DNA of 54,761 nucleotides from a virus (Duplodnaviria; Caudoviricetes): IMG/VR virus record IMGVR_UViG_3300020578_000101, positions 1 to 54,761 of that record; one strand, 5' to 3'. Shown piece by piece: positions 36,701 to 45,181 of this stretch (position 1 is its first letter; each line of letters starts with the position of its first letter). The notes under the pieces were generated by a model. It saw only the letters and a program-made list of their open reading frames with translations, ran no database searches and was not told where the DNA came from. The position numbers and the translations under genes were made by a program.

Positions 36701-39700
36701 TTGAGCATCTGCTCGAACTTGGCGTTAACAGTCGGAGCCTTTTTCTCGACAAAATCTACTACCTTATCGTATGCACCTGCTATCTCAGGGTATTGTTTAC
36801 GGGCAACAGAACTCAGTGGTTTTCCGTCTGCAATATCAGACACGACCTGATCCGCAGTCTTGCGTGAGAACTGGGTCGGCGCTGTGTCCTGTTGAGTTGG
36901 TTGTACGTCATCCTGTTGGTCGCGAGTCTGTTGCATTTGGCGACCAATGCGCATTGCCTGGGTTATTGGGTCAGCCTCCGGCTCGTACCCGGTAATGGTG
37001 TAGTCGGGGTCATAGTCCCCTGGGCGCATGTAGTCCTGTTCCCAGCCGCGGGGCTTGTAGTTGCCCTGGTCAGGGTAGACGCCAGAACTGCTCGCCTCAC
37101 GGCGCACCTCAGCGGCAGTCTTCTCCAGCACCGGCTCGAAGCCAAAAATGTCCATGGCTTCTGGTGTGTACCAGCGATCACTGATCGGCTCCCAGATATT
37201 GTTGGTCTCCGGGTCACGGACAACCGAGTGCCAAATGCGGGACACAGGGTTTGCCTTCGCAACGCCAAGAACCTGGGTGAAGCGGTTGCCAAAATCCATG
37301 ACGACCTTTACCACGCTTAGTTCGTGGCAACGCCCCTTGCGTTTGTCAGAGGCTGGGTATTTTTGGTTGATAGCGTACGCTTCATCTCGGCTGACAATGG
37401 GGTCTGTTTCCGACTTGCCGCTACTCCGATTAAGCGCGCGCGCAAATTGTCCGGGCTGGGACGGGACGTTAGTTGTTTGGGTGTCTGTTGCACTTGTCTG
37501 CTCCTGTTGAATCCACTGTTGGAACGCCTGAGTAGCCGCCTCTCGGACAGCAATCAAGTCCTTGCGGTCCTTAACAAACTGCGGACCCTGCATTACAGCC
37601 AGCAGTTTTTTGATGATGTCTTGGATGGTGTTGATGAAGTCCTGCGCAAACGTGCGGTCGGCAGAGGAATTAAAGACATCGATCCAGAACTGAGGATCAA
37701 TGGCTTGCTCGCCGATCATCTCGGCAACCAGTTCGGATTCGAAGAGGGCTTCGTCTAGCACACGACCGGACTCTCGTTGCATCGCACCAGAAAGGCGATT
37801 GCGCAAGGCGGTCTGTGCTTCTGCCGGAATACGCTCACGGGCAAGCGCCACCAGTTGCGCGTAGATCTGGGGGTACTTGGTCTCCAGGACGTGGGTGAGT
37901 TCATGACCCAGCGTGTTCAGGAACTGAGGATTGCTGGCGTCGAGCAGGATCGCATTGCGACCACCGACCCGCATGCCATTAAAGGCGCCGAACGAGCGAC
38001 CGCGGTTGGTCGTGATCTGCTGGTTCTCACCGAAGTTCACCCATACGACGTCCGTACCAAAGGCTTGCTTGATCGCTTTGGCAATGGTGGACATGCGCTT
38101 GTTGGCGGGAGCCTCCTGAATCTGGACGGACTCCCCCCCTGTCAGGTTGAATTCCTGGTTGATCTCCTGGACCGCCGACTGGAGTATCGGGTTCGTAGCG
38201 CCCGGTACTGGAGCCTGGAATGTTCCATCAACCTCGACCAAGCGTGAGCCAGCCACCACCGACTCTCGGTAGTTGACGGCAAACTGCCGAAGTTGCTGGG
38301 GGTCCATTTTCAATTTGGCGCTCAGGTACTGGGTCAGACCATTGATATCCTTCAGAATCTCTGGACGACCAGAGAACGCCTGACGGATGCGGCTACCCAA
38401 CTGGAACAGTTGTTTGTGCAGGGAGTCTTCGAAGACGACGAAACGACTGCCGTCATTGCCCAGGTTGACTTGGATCTGGCGGTCCGGCGGAACGCTGGGG
38501 GGCTCTGGCGTTTCTTCGACCATCTGGCTTGCCGCCAGTTGAGCGGTCGCCTCTGCATCCACTTCCGACAGTTGTGCGTCAAGGTCTTTAGATGTGACGG
38601 TACCTTCCGCAACCAAGGTCGGAACTACCTGGCTCATTATTTGAGCCTGGTTTTCGGTCGTCTCCACAGGCTCGGCTACTAGCACCGCTGTTGCAGTATC
38701 CGCGGGTTGGGCGGATTCAGGAGTTATAGGCGCTTGATTTTCCTGGTTTGTGCCGGTAGTGGTTGCTACGGGTGTGGGTGCCGCAGGATCAACAGATGAT
38801 CCTGTGAGTATCGAATCAACAGTTGTTGTTGGCTGTTGCACTGTTGTTCCTGGCTGTTTGGCAGAGGGTACGGGGGCGACAGGATCAACCTTTTCGTTGA
38901 TGTCGGCGGTCGCAGAGTCTGCCATCCGGTTAAAACGGCGGCTTGTAGTAACAGCCTCAGCAGGTGCAGAAACTGTTTCCCCCACCGCTTCGAGCAGGAC
39001 ATTGGTCGGATCGATATCTTTGCCAGCAGCCAGTGATCCACCGGCTTCGCCACCTGCACCAAGAGCCGCCTGTCGACCAGTTTCCTTTGCAACGGTCTTT
39101 ACCGCGGTCCTGGTTGCGCCCTTTTCAACAGCGTCAACAACTGTGTCCAGTGCCCGACCGGCTGTTTTCATCGAGACCGCATCAGCCAGACCAATGACGC
39201 TAGACTTAAGAGCGGCAGTCTTCCAGGCTTCTTCGTGGCTCATCCCCTCGGCACGGTTACCGGCGTACTCGTTGCCAAACTCCACGTAACCGGAGGTTGC
39301 ACCACCAGCCGCTGCTGCGGCAATTGGATTCCTGGTCGCGAGGAACACGGCGATGGCTGATGCCATGGAAGCAAGGGTCGACGGACCGGACGTTAAGGCT
39401 AGGTCAACAACTGACCCTGGGTCTCTAACGATTGCTCCACCAATTTCGCTTGCGGCTTCAGCCCAACCTCGATCGGGCTTGCCAGCACCAAACATTTGCT
39501 GGGACTCTGGGCGAGTACGGTCCGACTTAAGAATCTCTTCGTTCTTGCGGGACAGTTCCGCACTTTCTTGTGCAAGGCGAGCAAAGTTCTGTTCGTATTC
39601 ACGCTTCTTGGCTTGCAGTTCTGGACTGGCGGCAATCTGCTCGGGCGTATACGAATTATTGAACTTCTCGATAAATTCCCCGTACTCAGACATCTTCATG

Positions 39701-40065
39701 CCGTTAACGGACGACAGAATGTTGTTCCATCCACGCTCAAGTGCCGAGCCAAGATACTTTGGCTCACGGCTTAACCGGTCCCAGAAACCACCAGGCTTAT
39801 CTGTGACGACCGGCGTCTCCGCGGTTGGCTCTTTATTGATAGCGGCAGTCCGGGTAGGCTGGGCTTGAATTGGCGCTGGCGCTGTGTCTTCAAATCGGAA
39901 GATGCTTTCCAGGGACTTATTAGGTACAGCCTTATCTTGGATAGCGGCGGCTCGGCGCTGTGTAGCCTCACCGCTCTCGACACGACGCCGTTCCTGCTCG
40001 ACTGGGTCATCAACCAACCGAGCGGCAGGGTCGAACGAGAATACATGCGCGAGATCGTTACGCAT
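30796..40065 (-). CDS. Giant polyvalent internal virion/ejection protein (HExxH peptidase, papain-like, RelA/SpoT synthetase, HhH-glycosylase-like, MuF-C-like, LPD38-like C-terminus)
   Basis: 3089 aa; last gene of the structural operon; domain motifs are given in the findings. Confidence 0.85.
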   Translation of the reverse strand: MRNDLAHVFSFDPAARLVDDPVEQERRRVESGEATQRRAAAIQDKAVPNKSLESIFRFEDTAPAPIQAQPTRTAAINKEPTAETPVVTDKPGGFWDRLSREPKYLGSALERGWNNILSSVNGMKMSEYGEFIEKFNNSYTPEQIAASPELQAKKREYEQNFARLAQESAELSRKNEEILKSDRTRPESQQMFGAGKPDRGWAEAASEIGGAIVRDPGSVVDLALTSGPSTLASMASAIAVFLATRNPIAAAAAGGATSGYVEFGNEYAGNRAEGMSHEEAWKTAALKSSVIGLADAVSMKTAGRALDTVVDAVEKGATRTAVKTVAKETGRQAALGAGGEAGGSLAAGKDIDPTNVLLEAVGETVSAPAEAVTTSRRFNRMADSATADINEKVDPVAPVPSAKQPGTTVQQPTTTVDSILTGSSVDPAAPTPVATTTGTNQENQAPITPESAQPADTATAVLVAEPVETTENQAQIMSQVVPTLVAEGTVTSKDLDAQLSEVDAEATAQLAASQMVEETPEPPSVPPDRQIQVNLGNDGSRFVVFEDSLHKQLFQLGSRIRQAFSGRPEILKDINGLTQYLSAKLKMDPQQLRQFAVNYRESVVAGSRLVEVDGTFQAPVPGATNPILQSAVQEINQEFNLTGGESVQIQEAPANKRMSTIAKAIKQAFGTDVVWVNFGENQQITTNRGRSFGAFNGMRVGGRNAILLDASNPQFLNTLGHELTHVLETKYPQIYAQLVALARERIPAEAQTALRNRLSGAMQRESGRVLDEALFESELVAEMIGEQAIDPQFWIDVFNSSADRTFAQDFINTIQDIIKKLLAVMQGPQFVKDRKDLIAVREAATQAFQQWIQQEQTSATDTQTTNVPSQPGQFARALNRSSGKSETDPIVSRDEAYAINQKYPASDKRKGRCHELSVVKVVMDFGNRFTQVLGVAKANPVSRIWHSVVRDPETNNIWEPISDRWYTPEAMDIFGFEPVLEKTAAEVRREASSSGVYPDQGNYKPRGWEQDYMRPGDYDPDYTITGYEPEADPITQAMRIGRQMQQTRDQQDDVQPTQQDTAPTQFSRKTADQVVSDIADGKPLSSVARKQYPEIAGAYDKVVDFVEKKAPTVNAKFEQMLKRLAQQAGGKVKMGPIKKVSRAYSKVYFDYGNNVDELNDVVRATLVLDNIDQIPGAIAQAQSMFEGSFVKRNLWAEGAEPLVGGYRDVMFRGVAVDGMRVELQMNVQEMIDAKDVAHKWYKESEELTRKLNVGLLTDEESRTAQEKIQKLTEQQSSAYSVAFNEANRSRNSASLSGTPSESSNIMLNGTALASFQRKGNASPGRNVTGTPLTSANSVPAGNEFGIGTDVTPVGTLNDIVNQQNDRDNPLLSAVDEAEAEGRVRRRENRKENIGAPVNDRVVFAKEGKTFAVGKITIQDWIGRVNDLMTTEELKDSRTWYRQLDNAFRPIFKDNVAQYALAWLLSQKRASPSKGFTDVLRAADMAAGKAEVKKAGLNQQALIDVLQGRVPQEGVGAKLLDFLDSELGRTTRTVVRDDPRGRQPAAIDVWAQRDIGFVDPKVFEYVRKEFGEDAVAQLDSDRTTDGEAQYEYGIDFYNDVVEYLNETNFDGGGWTAREVQAVGWVTMQKAMGVKAEFVRDIIGMNTRRISIGLAPGPDSVLAGKLVGKEIPVEVAQREIDYLANLAGVNIVQNVNGVGAYLQWIEGAIQIDAVASPEAIADFMDMVGYAFQQTEIINTRALASGKNMAVDILADGLTTVEQSTAFFSKFLEYGPKDKNGEPLAPGFQQIILDGVPGIRLLNLAGNWRQTQVAEIYDALNTVASDLNVQLQDVVVKQVVLKSTKNDWKENSDGQAYLNSLRDRGRLQEAGELVRRYPPSRVDVAGDGTISWNRGPNDTTGGQTRAQFSRANLNKMVEGAPDAPDGVVLGFVPPVLQAVGVQRLPLVITKDKVVKIVTPERVGKVIENRTIGGREVAPRIPLSVDQLYALPQLLADPVAILKSSERSSTGGKGLVIITSAKVDGYPVIATISEKASMTVVEGERFEELQVTEITTALPKNQTIPSGGTQMSPLNRDLAQNALYFNKERGAQLAQGLRLSLPRLRTGTSNPNVLLPEGIVKRYGESAFRFERVDIPIQRIRGGSRFSRNQTPTLAEDMQRQMDWVQEQSELAGYKDADEFIEKDYDGFIRIATKWREQNPTYVLFSRTIPPVRGNRFALPGFGRLRGLVRGIQNEVGRAAQVQKAVAEQGGILTDATDIESAMHRMYGRGGSRLDDFRKKIWQPLLDKAAKDRVSFDDVALYMYATHAPEANAQVASINATYPDGGSGMTNQEAADILKDLRQDPVKFAKTKQYADQVQAITRLTQRVLVNGDIVSQDNVDAWNATYKYYVPLKTFEQVDSSGSTTNSGRFDLAQEFSKRRLGRSTRAGAIIENILTDYEDAIVAVERNNVRKAWLKFILDNRDSKLWQVNRPVMTRAFFKNPIEEVRYRLGIQSDQNTLPVRVGGKVYHMVIEDAETRRDLEMSSVLSGTSDGFKHFFGMWSGINRTLGKLWTALSPAFILINSIRDTQTALINSGVEQGFGSSLKILKTLPGAAYTILRAERNGNWAGTGSLKQIYDQYKADGGKTGFLDLKQLEDRQAEVIAAFRNAQASIGNPLSYHRLVMRYLKAAEDMILDVNGAIEGAARVAAYKAALESGKSRIEATNIAKEITVNFNRRGRWTPVMSSLYLFFNPAVQGAVRTGKAVFSKRGAVAASGLVGLGYMVAMMAAQATGDDDEPYWDKPSYRTQKLKNLMFMGADGDTYTVPLPYGLGFFVSLGYAIKDLERGIDPWKVSAFLRDAFFIHFSPLGAAENMATFVSPTIVDPIYVLASGQREDGMPLMPADFSGIKPDSERYWNNSRDSVFQNFTSWMNEVTGGSPARAGKVDVSPESLNYITTFVTGGLGTFVKDVVQTVDLFANVGADAPLEQNKIPILRALYKNETGRADASAFYENVKKAEVALEEWKVSSEIRDKATDSMLDRVAENRRIAMLGGATDNYKKALAALRMEDIKIQTNDTLDRATKFEMRKNVAEKMRKLQVDFNRQFYQGTDER

Positions 40066-41369
40066 TATTTGTCTCTCTGGCTCATTCTTTCATCAACTTG
40101 TCGCAAGTAGGCTTGCAGACGGCGGTTGCGAAACTCGTTGAATCCCTGCATTTTGAAGTTCGGGTCCATGAGAGATCGATTCACCATCTTCTCGTCTGTG
40201 TTGTACCTCTTTGGGTCAGCCCTTAATTTGCGGTGGTAATCCTCAACGTCACGCAATGCCGCCGTATTGATCTGACCAAGAATGTCGGATGCCATCCTAA
40301 ATGCCTGACCGCCACCCATGCCAGAGTCAATCATCCTTGTGCCAATGGTGGTAATGATTGCCCCGCCGTTATCGTCGCCAAGGGACTCAAGCCCCTTTCC
40401 GGGGATTTCCTGCTTCCACGGGAGCGTTGGACCTTTGTTGCCCAACTGAGCCTGATATGCTTTGTTGAAAATGTCGTACTCGGTTCCGCGCTTGGCGGCA
40501 GCGGCGGCATCCCTGGCGGCAGCCTTGCCCGGTTGCGCATCGGCAAGTGCGTTGTAGTAACGTGCCTTCGCCGGGATTTCGCTAGTCGCCTCGGCGTTAT
40601 ACTTCATTGCCTGAGCCCTGTTCTCCCCCACTTCTGACTCTGTCTTAGCGTTGGAGCCAGCGTTCTTCTGAATGTCTGCCAGGGTGGAAACGCCAATGGC
40701 TTGCAGAGCGTTACTGACGTCGTACTGCACAGCCGTCCCCGCCGCGTTTTTTGCGTTCAGCACAAACTTTGGGATGACCAACTCTTTGCCATCAGCACCT
40801 TTAGTAACCACCTCAAAGTTGACGGACTCAGGGTTGAGGTTGAATCGCTTGGCAAGAGTGCCAGCCGCTTTGATGTCGCCAGGGTTCAGCATCAGAGCCG
40901 CCAATGAATCCTTGAGCCCTTCGCTTTCTAGATATCGAGTGAACTCCATTGACTGCTTCATCTGGTCGGGCGTGATCTTGCCATTATCGATAAGCAATTT
41001 GGTGTAGCCCATCATGTACTGAAGGTCACGGGCGCGACCCTCTTCGGATCGCTCACCCATATTGAACGCCTTGCGAACTTTCTGGGTGGATACCTGGGCA
41101 GGTGCGTTGGGGTCAACAATAGCGCTAGCCTTGACGGGCACCTGCTCTTCGACCTCTGGGTTATAGATGCTGGTGTAAAGGTTCGACATGCCCTGGCGGA
41201 AGTCGTCGTCACGTTTGCGCTGCTGGCGCTTAAACTCCAACTCTTCTGCATTGTTGGCAAGTTGAGCAAGCGAGATCGCCTCAGCACGGCGGTCGGCAGA
41301 ACGACGCAGGTCTAACTCTTGTCCCTGCATTAACCCCTTGGCAAGACCTTCTGCGAAACTTCTAGCCAT
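40065..41369 (-). CDS. Probable ejection (internal virion) protein
   Basis: Helical; amphipathic N-terminus SFAEGLAKGL; position before the giant protein. Confidence 0.65.
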   Translation of the reverse strand: MARSFAEGLAKGLMQGQELDLRRSADRRAEAISLAQLANNAEELEFKRQQRKRDDDFRQGMSNLYTSIYNPEVEEQVPVKASAIVDPNAPAQVSTQKVRKAFNMGERSEEGRARDLQYMMGYTKLLIDNGKITPDQMKQSMEFTRYLESEGLKDSLAALMLNPGDIKAAGTLAKRFNLNPESVNFEVVTKGADGKELVIPKFVLNAKNAAGTAVQYDVSNALQAIGVSTLADIQKNAGSNAKTESEVGENRAQAMKYNAEATSEIPAKARYYNALADAQPGKAAARDAAAAAKRGTEYDIFNKAYQAQLGNKGPTLPWKQEIPGKGLESLGDDNGGAIITTIGTRMIDSGMGGGQAFRMASDILGQINTAALRDVEDYHRKLRADPKRYNTDEKMVNRSLMDPNFKMQGFNEFRNRRLQAYLRQVDERMSQRDK

Positions 41370-41371
41370 GA

Positions 41372-42430
41372 TTACGCCTTTCTAATTGCTTTGCGACGAC
41401 GACGGTCAGAGGGCTTCTTACCCTCATTGAGTTCATCGAAGTACGCCTTGCCAAGTTCACGGACACGCTCTGCGCGAATGATGTACTCGCCATTGCTCAG
41501 GCGAATCGGCTCGCCGGTGTCCACATTGATTGCTTTAACACTGTCTGATGTTCCGGTTCCTGGACCAGCAATCTTGCCGCCAGCACCGTCTTCGTTCTCG
41601 TCGACCTTGCCGTCGACTCCGACTACGCCACCGTCGTTCATGAAGTAGCCAGCCGCCATACCAGCAATCTGACCAAACCCGCCAAGCGCGCCACCCTCTG
41701 CGTTGTAGGCGGCGAGTTGGTTCTGGTAGCCCATATTCATGAGGTTGCCCTGATTGGCAAGACCGCCCATCTGATTTTGCAGACCGCTCATCGAACCGGC
41801 GAAGCCCTGCATCATTGGGGTGTTCTGCTGGTTCAGCATGTTGACAGTCGAGCCACCGATGTTCGCGGCTGTCCCGACACCGGCAAGCGCTGTCTGAGGT
41901 AGGTTGCGACCAATCGCGGCGGCGTTGTTCTTCATTCCAAAGCCCATCTGCTCTGCCGCCATACGAGCGTTTGTTTTGGCACCGGCAGTTGCTGCCGCAC
42001 CTCGAAGCGCAAACTCGTCGTTAAGAGCGGCAAACCGTGCGCTGTTCGGGTTAATCCCCATGCGGGTGAGGTTTCGGTTTGCAATCCCCTGTTGGGTAGC
42101 AAGAGCCTGTTGAACATCTGACGCCGCCCGACCAGCAAATTGATCGATCCGCCCAGCCTCATCAAAACGCTGGACATCTTCGATGATTGCGTCTTCAAGC
42201 GCCCGATATTTCAAGCGCTCCCTGGCTGCGTCCTTTGCGAGTTCCTGAGCAAGTTGCTGCCCTTGGAGGTTTGACGCCACCATTTGTTGGTATAGCGGCA
42301 TCGTCTCTTGGAATCGTTGGCGACCAAAGGCTAACTGCTCCCTTCCAAGAGCAGCCATCTGGTTGCCGACATCACGCATCGCATCAGCGAGCGGTCCAAA
42401 ATCGGGTGGCGGAGGTGCGTCACTGCACAT
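41372..42430 (-). CDS. Probable ejection/DNA-pilot protein
   Basis: Starts MC; Ala/Gln-rich; C-terminal GPGTGTSDSV...LSNGEYII motif. Confidence 0.7.
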   Translation of the reverse strand: MCSDAPPPPDFGPLADAMRDVGNQMAALGREQLAFGRQRFQETMPLYQQMVASNLQGQQLAQELAKDAARERLKYRALEDAIIEDVQRFDEAGRIDQFAGRAASDVQQALATQQGIANRNLTRMGINPNSARFAALNDEFALRGAAATAGAKTNARMAAEQMGFGMKNNAAAIGRNLPQTALAGVGTAANIGGSTVNMLNQQNTPMMQGFAGSMSGLQNQMGGLANQGNLMNMGYQNQLAAYNAEGGALGGFGQIAGMAAGYFMNDGGVVGVDGKVDENEDGAGGKIAGPGTGTSDSVKAINVDTGEPIRLSNGEYIIRAERVRELGKAYFDELNEGKKPSDRRRRKAIRKA

Positions 42431-42434
42431 AGTT

Positions 42435-43028
42435 CTACTCCAGTGTTTTCGTTAGTTGATTGCCAGTATGGTTGTAGCCAAGGTGAGTTAACAGTCGACC
42501 AACGTCATTGACTGTTTTGACTGTTACCCGGATCTCAGTCACACCCATATTCCGCAGGACGTCTTCGACGTAGCGGATCAGACGCACCCCGAGCCGTCCT
42601 TTGCGGTGTTCGGGGAGAATGAAAATCGTATCCTCTTCGGCTACCCACCGCTGCGTGTGAGTACTGCGTGACAGGTACATCATGCAGTTGCCGACAAGCC
42701 CATTATCATTACGGACCGTAAAGAGTATGAGGCGCCCGTTGCGCTCCGCATTGATCATGTAGTTGTAGTCGGGGTTGAGTGCGATACCGTGACGATAACG
42801 CTCCGTCTCCTGCCAGTGCGCGGCATGCACTGGTTTCAATTCATCAAGGACGTCCTCAAGCCGCTCGACTTGGATCAGGTTGTTGCCGTACTCAACGGCT
42901 GGGATGTCTTGAATGTTGATCGCTTCTTGGCGGTTGGATTCTTCGAGAGACGCCAATATCCCCATGATAAGTTCAGGGGTGAGTGTGTTTCCAATGTTCC
43001 GCTTCAGAGTCTCATACAGACCATTCAT
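42435..43028 (-). CDS. GNAT-family acyltransferase
   Basis: IFILPEHRKGRLG..L acetyl-CoA motif; L..LGY. Confidence 0.8.
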   Translation of the reverse strand: MNGLYETLKRNIGNTLTPELIMGILASLEESNRQEAINIQDIPAVEYGNNLIQVERLEDVLDELKPVHAAHWQETERYRHGIALNPDYNYMINAERNGRLILFTVRNDNGLVGNCMMYLSRSTHTQRWVAEEDTIFILPEHRKGRLGVRLIRYVEDVLRNMGVTEIRVTVKTVNDVGRLLTHLGYNHTGNQLTKTLE

Positions 43029-43237
43029 ATATCCGTTATTTTCGCTGATACAGCGGAAATTAGCGATGGGTCATCTGGTCCGCTGAATACATCTTCGAAT
43101 ACCAGTTCGTATGACCCAACGACTTCACGAACGTCAATACCAAGTGACGTTAACACTTGACAATGAACGACAGTCTTTGCCGGGTAAGACGATATGGCTG
43201 TGTTGACGATACGAATTTCTTTGTTTGATAGGTCCAT
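43025..43237 (-). CDS. Hypothetical protein
   Basis: Tightly packed in the tail operon. Confidence 0.5.
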   Translation of the reverse strand: MDLSNKEIRIVNTAISSYPAKTVVHCQVLTSLGIDVREVVGSYELVFEDVFSGPDDPSLISAVSAKITDI

Positions 43238-43242
43238 GATTT

Positions 43243-43725
43243 TTACTGATAAGTGAGTAGAACGAACTTCCAATTGAAAGAGATGCTGACCGACGAAGTT
43301 TTCTGTCGCATAATATTTCCAGGAAACAACTGACAGCCAAGAGTAGTAAACCTTAAGATTGGCTTACTTTGCGCTCCAATGATTACACCACTTGCAATCT
43401 GATCGTACGCTGTAATAGCGGGCGCCGTTGTGCTGTGAGTGAAGTGCATCAGCATTGCAAAGTTCAACTGTATTGAAGCGTTAAGGTATTGCGCCGCCAC
43501 GTTGCCGCCTGACGATGTTGGACGGATGTATACCAGCGCAACGTCTTTGTCTTTATTGAACGTTACATTAAACGTCGTTTCGTTTATTCTTGCGTGTCCT
43601 CCACCAAGAGTTGCAGATCCAGTAGCCAAAAATTTTCTGTGAACAAGTTTGTTGTTGCTGTTAAACATTTCCGACCCATCAGACTTTGTAATCTTGATGA
43701 GATTGCCAGCAACGATAATGCTCAT
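43243..43725 (-). CDS. Tail-tip-associated protein
   Basis: I.I.K.DG...F.S N-terminus typical of tail-tip accessory proteins. Confidence 0.55.
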   Translation of the reverse strand: MSIIVAGNLIKITKSDGSEMFNSNNKLVHRKFLATGSATLGGGHARINETTFNVTFNKDKDVALVYIRPTSSGGNVAAQYLNASIQLNFAMLMHFTHSTTAPAITAYDQIASGVIIGAQSKPILRFTTLGCQLFPGNIMRQKTSSVSISFNWKFVLLTYQ

Positions 43726-44363
43726 GCAGTTACCACTAATGGAAGGGTGTCTAAGTCGGAATAGTAAAAAATTGTGTAGTCATCTATTCCGTTGACGCTG
43801 TAAGTTCCTGGATCTAGAGCAACGTATCGCTTGTAAACGAAACTAATCACATCATTCGGTCCAACGCTGATGTTGTGCGGACTTGTGATTATTGTTTCTG
43901 CTGTGTCTGCAAGTTCAAAAACATGGACTACTCCTGTTACATGCATGCCGGATCCGTCCACAAGTATTCCAACGTAATGCTCAATATTAAGTACATGGGT
44001 TCCGTTTTTTAGAACCTGCGCCAACGTCCCTTGCCTCGGATAATAGATTGGTCCCGCCCCACCACCATTCATTGCCCACCCAAGTCTTCTAAACTGAAGA
44101 TACCCAGGGTTAGCAACTGTCGGGAGGGTGAGGGTAGTGTTTACTGTTTTGTACATCATACTGCCAACAAAGTACAAGTACCCGGCGCCATCGGCAAGCG
44201 TTACTGAACCATCTGGGAAAGGAGCGGGAGAGACCGCCGCGAGGTTGACTGACCCTGGGGACGTTGTCTTAATGTACCTGTTCGTCGTGTCAAAGACGGT
44301 CGTTCCTGATGCGTTCTTAAGGCGCATCAAGTTAGGCGTGATTCTGACTCTTTCAACTGACAT
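43722..44363 (-). CDS. Tail-tip-associated protein
   Basis: L.NASG..VFDT..RY N-terminal motif. Confidence 0.55.
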   Translation of the reverse strand: MSVERVRITPNLMRLKNASGTTVFDTTNRYIKTTSPGSVNLAAVSPAPFPDGSVTLADGAGYLYFVGSMMYKTVNTTLTLPTVANPGYLQFRRLGWAMNGGGAGPIYYPRQGTLAQVLKNGTHVLNIEHYVGILVDGSGMHVTGVVHVFELADTAETIITSPHNISVGPNDVISFVYKRYVALDPGTYSVNGIDDYTIFYYSDLDTLPLVVTA

Positions 44364-44364
44364 G

Positions 44365-44625
44365 CTATTCCGCCACAAAAACTCTGACCGATATGGTCAA
44401 CTGAGGTAATGCTGCACCGTACGTCTGACCCATCGCCATCAAGTAGATTTGGTTGCCAACTTTTTTTGGAAAAATGAATCGCACACTATTTCCTATGCGC
44501 TGGATAACGTACGAACTTGCGACCTGGACGCCATTAACCTCCAAGAACAATATTGGGTCGGATACATTGGTCGTTCCGACAAGGTGGTCGCTGACTGTGC
44601 CACCAACAATTTCTTGACTAGGCAA
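44365..44625 (-). CDS. Hypothetical tail-region protein
   Basis: 86 aa, beta-rich, coupled to neighbours. Confidence 0.5.
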   Translation of the reverse strand: MPSQEIVGGTVSDHLVGTTNVSDPILFLEVNGVQVASSYVIQRIGNSVRFIFPKKVGNQIYLMAMGQTYGAALPQLTISVRVFVAE

Positions 44626-45181
44626 TTTTTACTCCAGCAGCAGAAGCGCAGTGTTGTGCGCCCTGTTCATATATGTCCATTGCGAAGTCGTAATCATAGT
44701 TGTCGATCGCCTCGACAGCCTTGAGAATGAACTTTTTATAAACGTCCCGGTAGAACGCTGCTTTGTCCTCGCGCTTATCAAGTATCTCTACAATTGCCGG
44801 GGCATGGATGTAGTAATCCGCCACCTTCATGCAATTCTCGATCGTGGCGAGCATGTGCTTGTCCCTGAACCGACGGAGTGCCCGTAATTCATGGCAGTCA
44901 TCTCCAAGTCCCATGACTTCAACGCAAGCAGTTGTTATGTAACAACCTGAACCGCATCCGCCACCGCCGTCTGACCATGTGAAGTAAGACTGGTTAACAT
45001 GCGGAAGCGTAATGTTGACCGGTCCAAGCGTCTCTTTCAACTGAATGTATTGAAGAGACGTATGGAAATAAACATCATTGAGGTTGTTGAAGGGATCTGT
45101 CCTAGCGTTCGTAGGGTTGTTGTAATTAACAATCGAGACCACCCCGTCACTACCATTAACGTAGAGTTGTCTATTAGCCAC
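44618..45181 (-). CDS. Tail-region protein with C-terminal CFI-box-CTERM-like domain
   Basis: GGGGCGSGCYITTAC.......C.EL..LR.FRD..M......V..YY..AP.IV. Confidence 0.7.
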   Translation of the reverse strand: MANRQLYVNGSDGVVSIVNYNNPTNARTDPFNNLNDVYFHTSLQYIQLKETLGPVNITLPHVNQSYFTWSDGGGGCGSGCYITTACVEVMGLGDDCHELRALRRFRDKHMLATIENCMKVADYYIHAPAIVEILDKREDKAAFYRDVYKKFILKAVEAIDNYDYDFAMDIYEQGAQHCASAAGVKIA

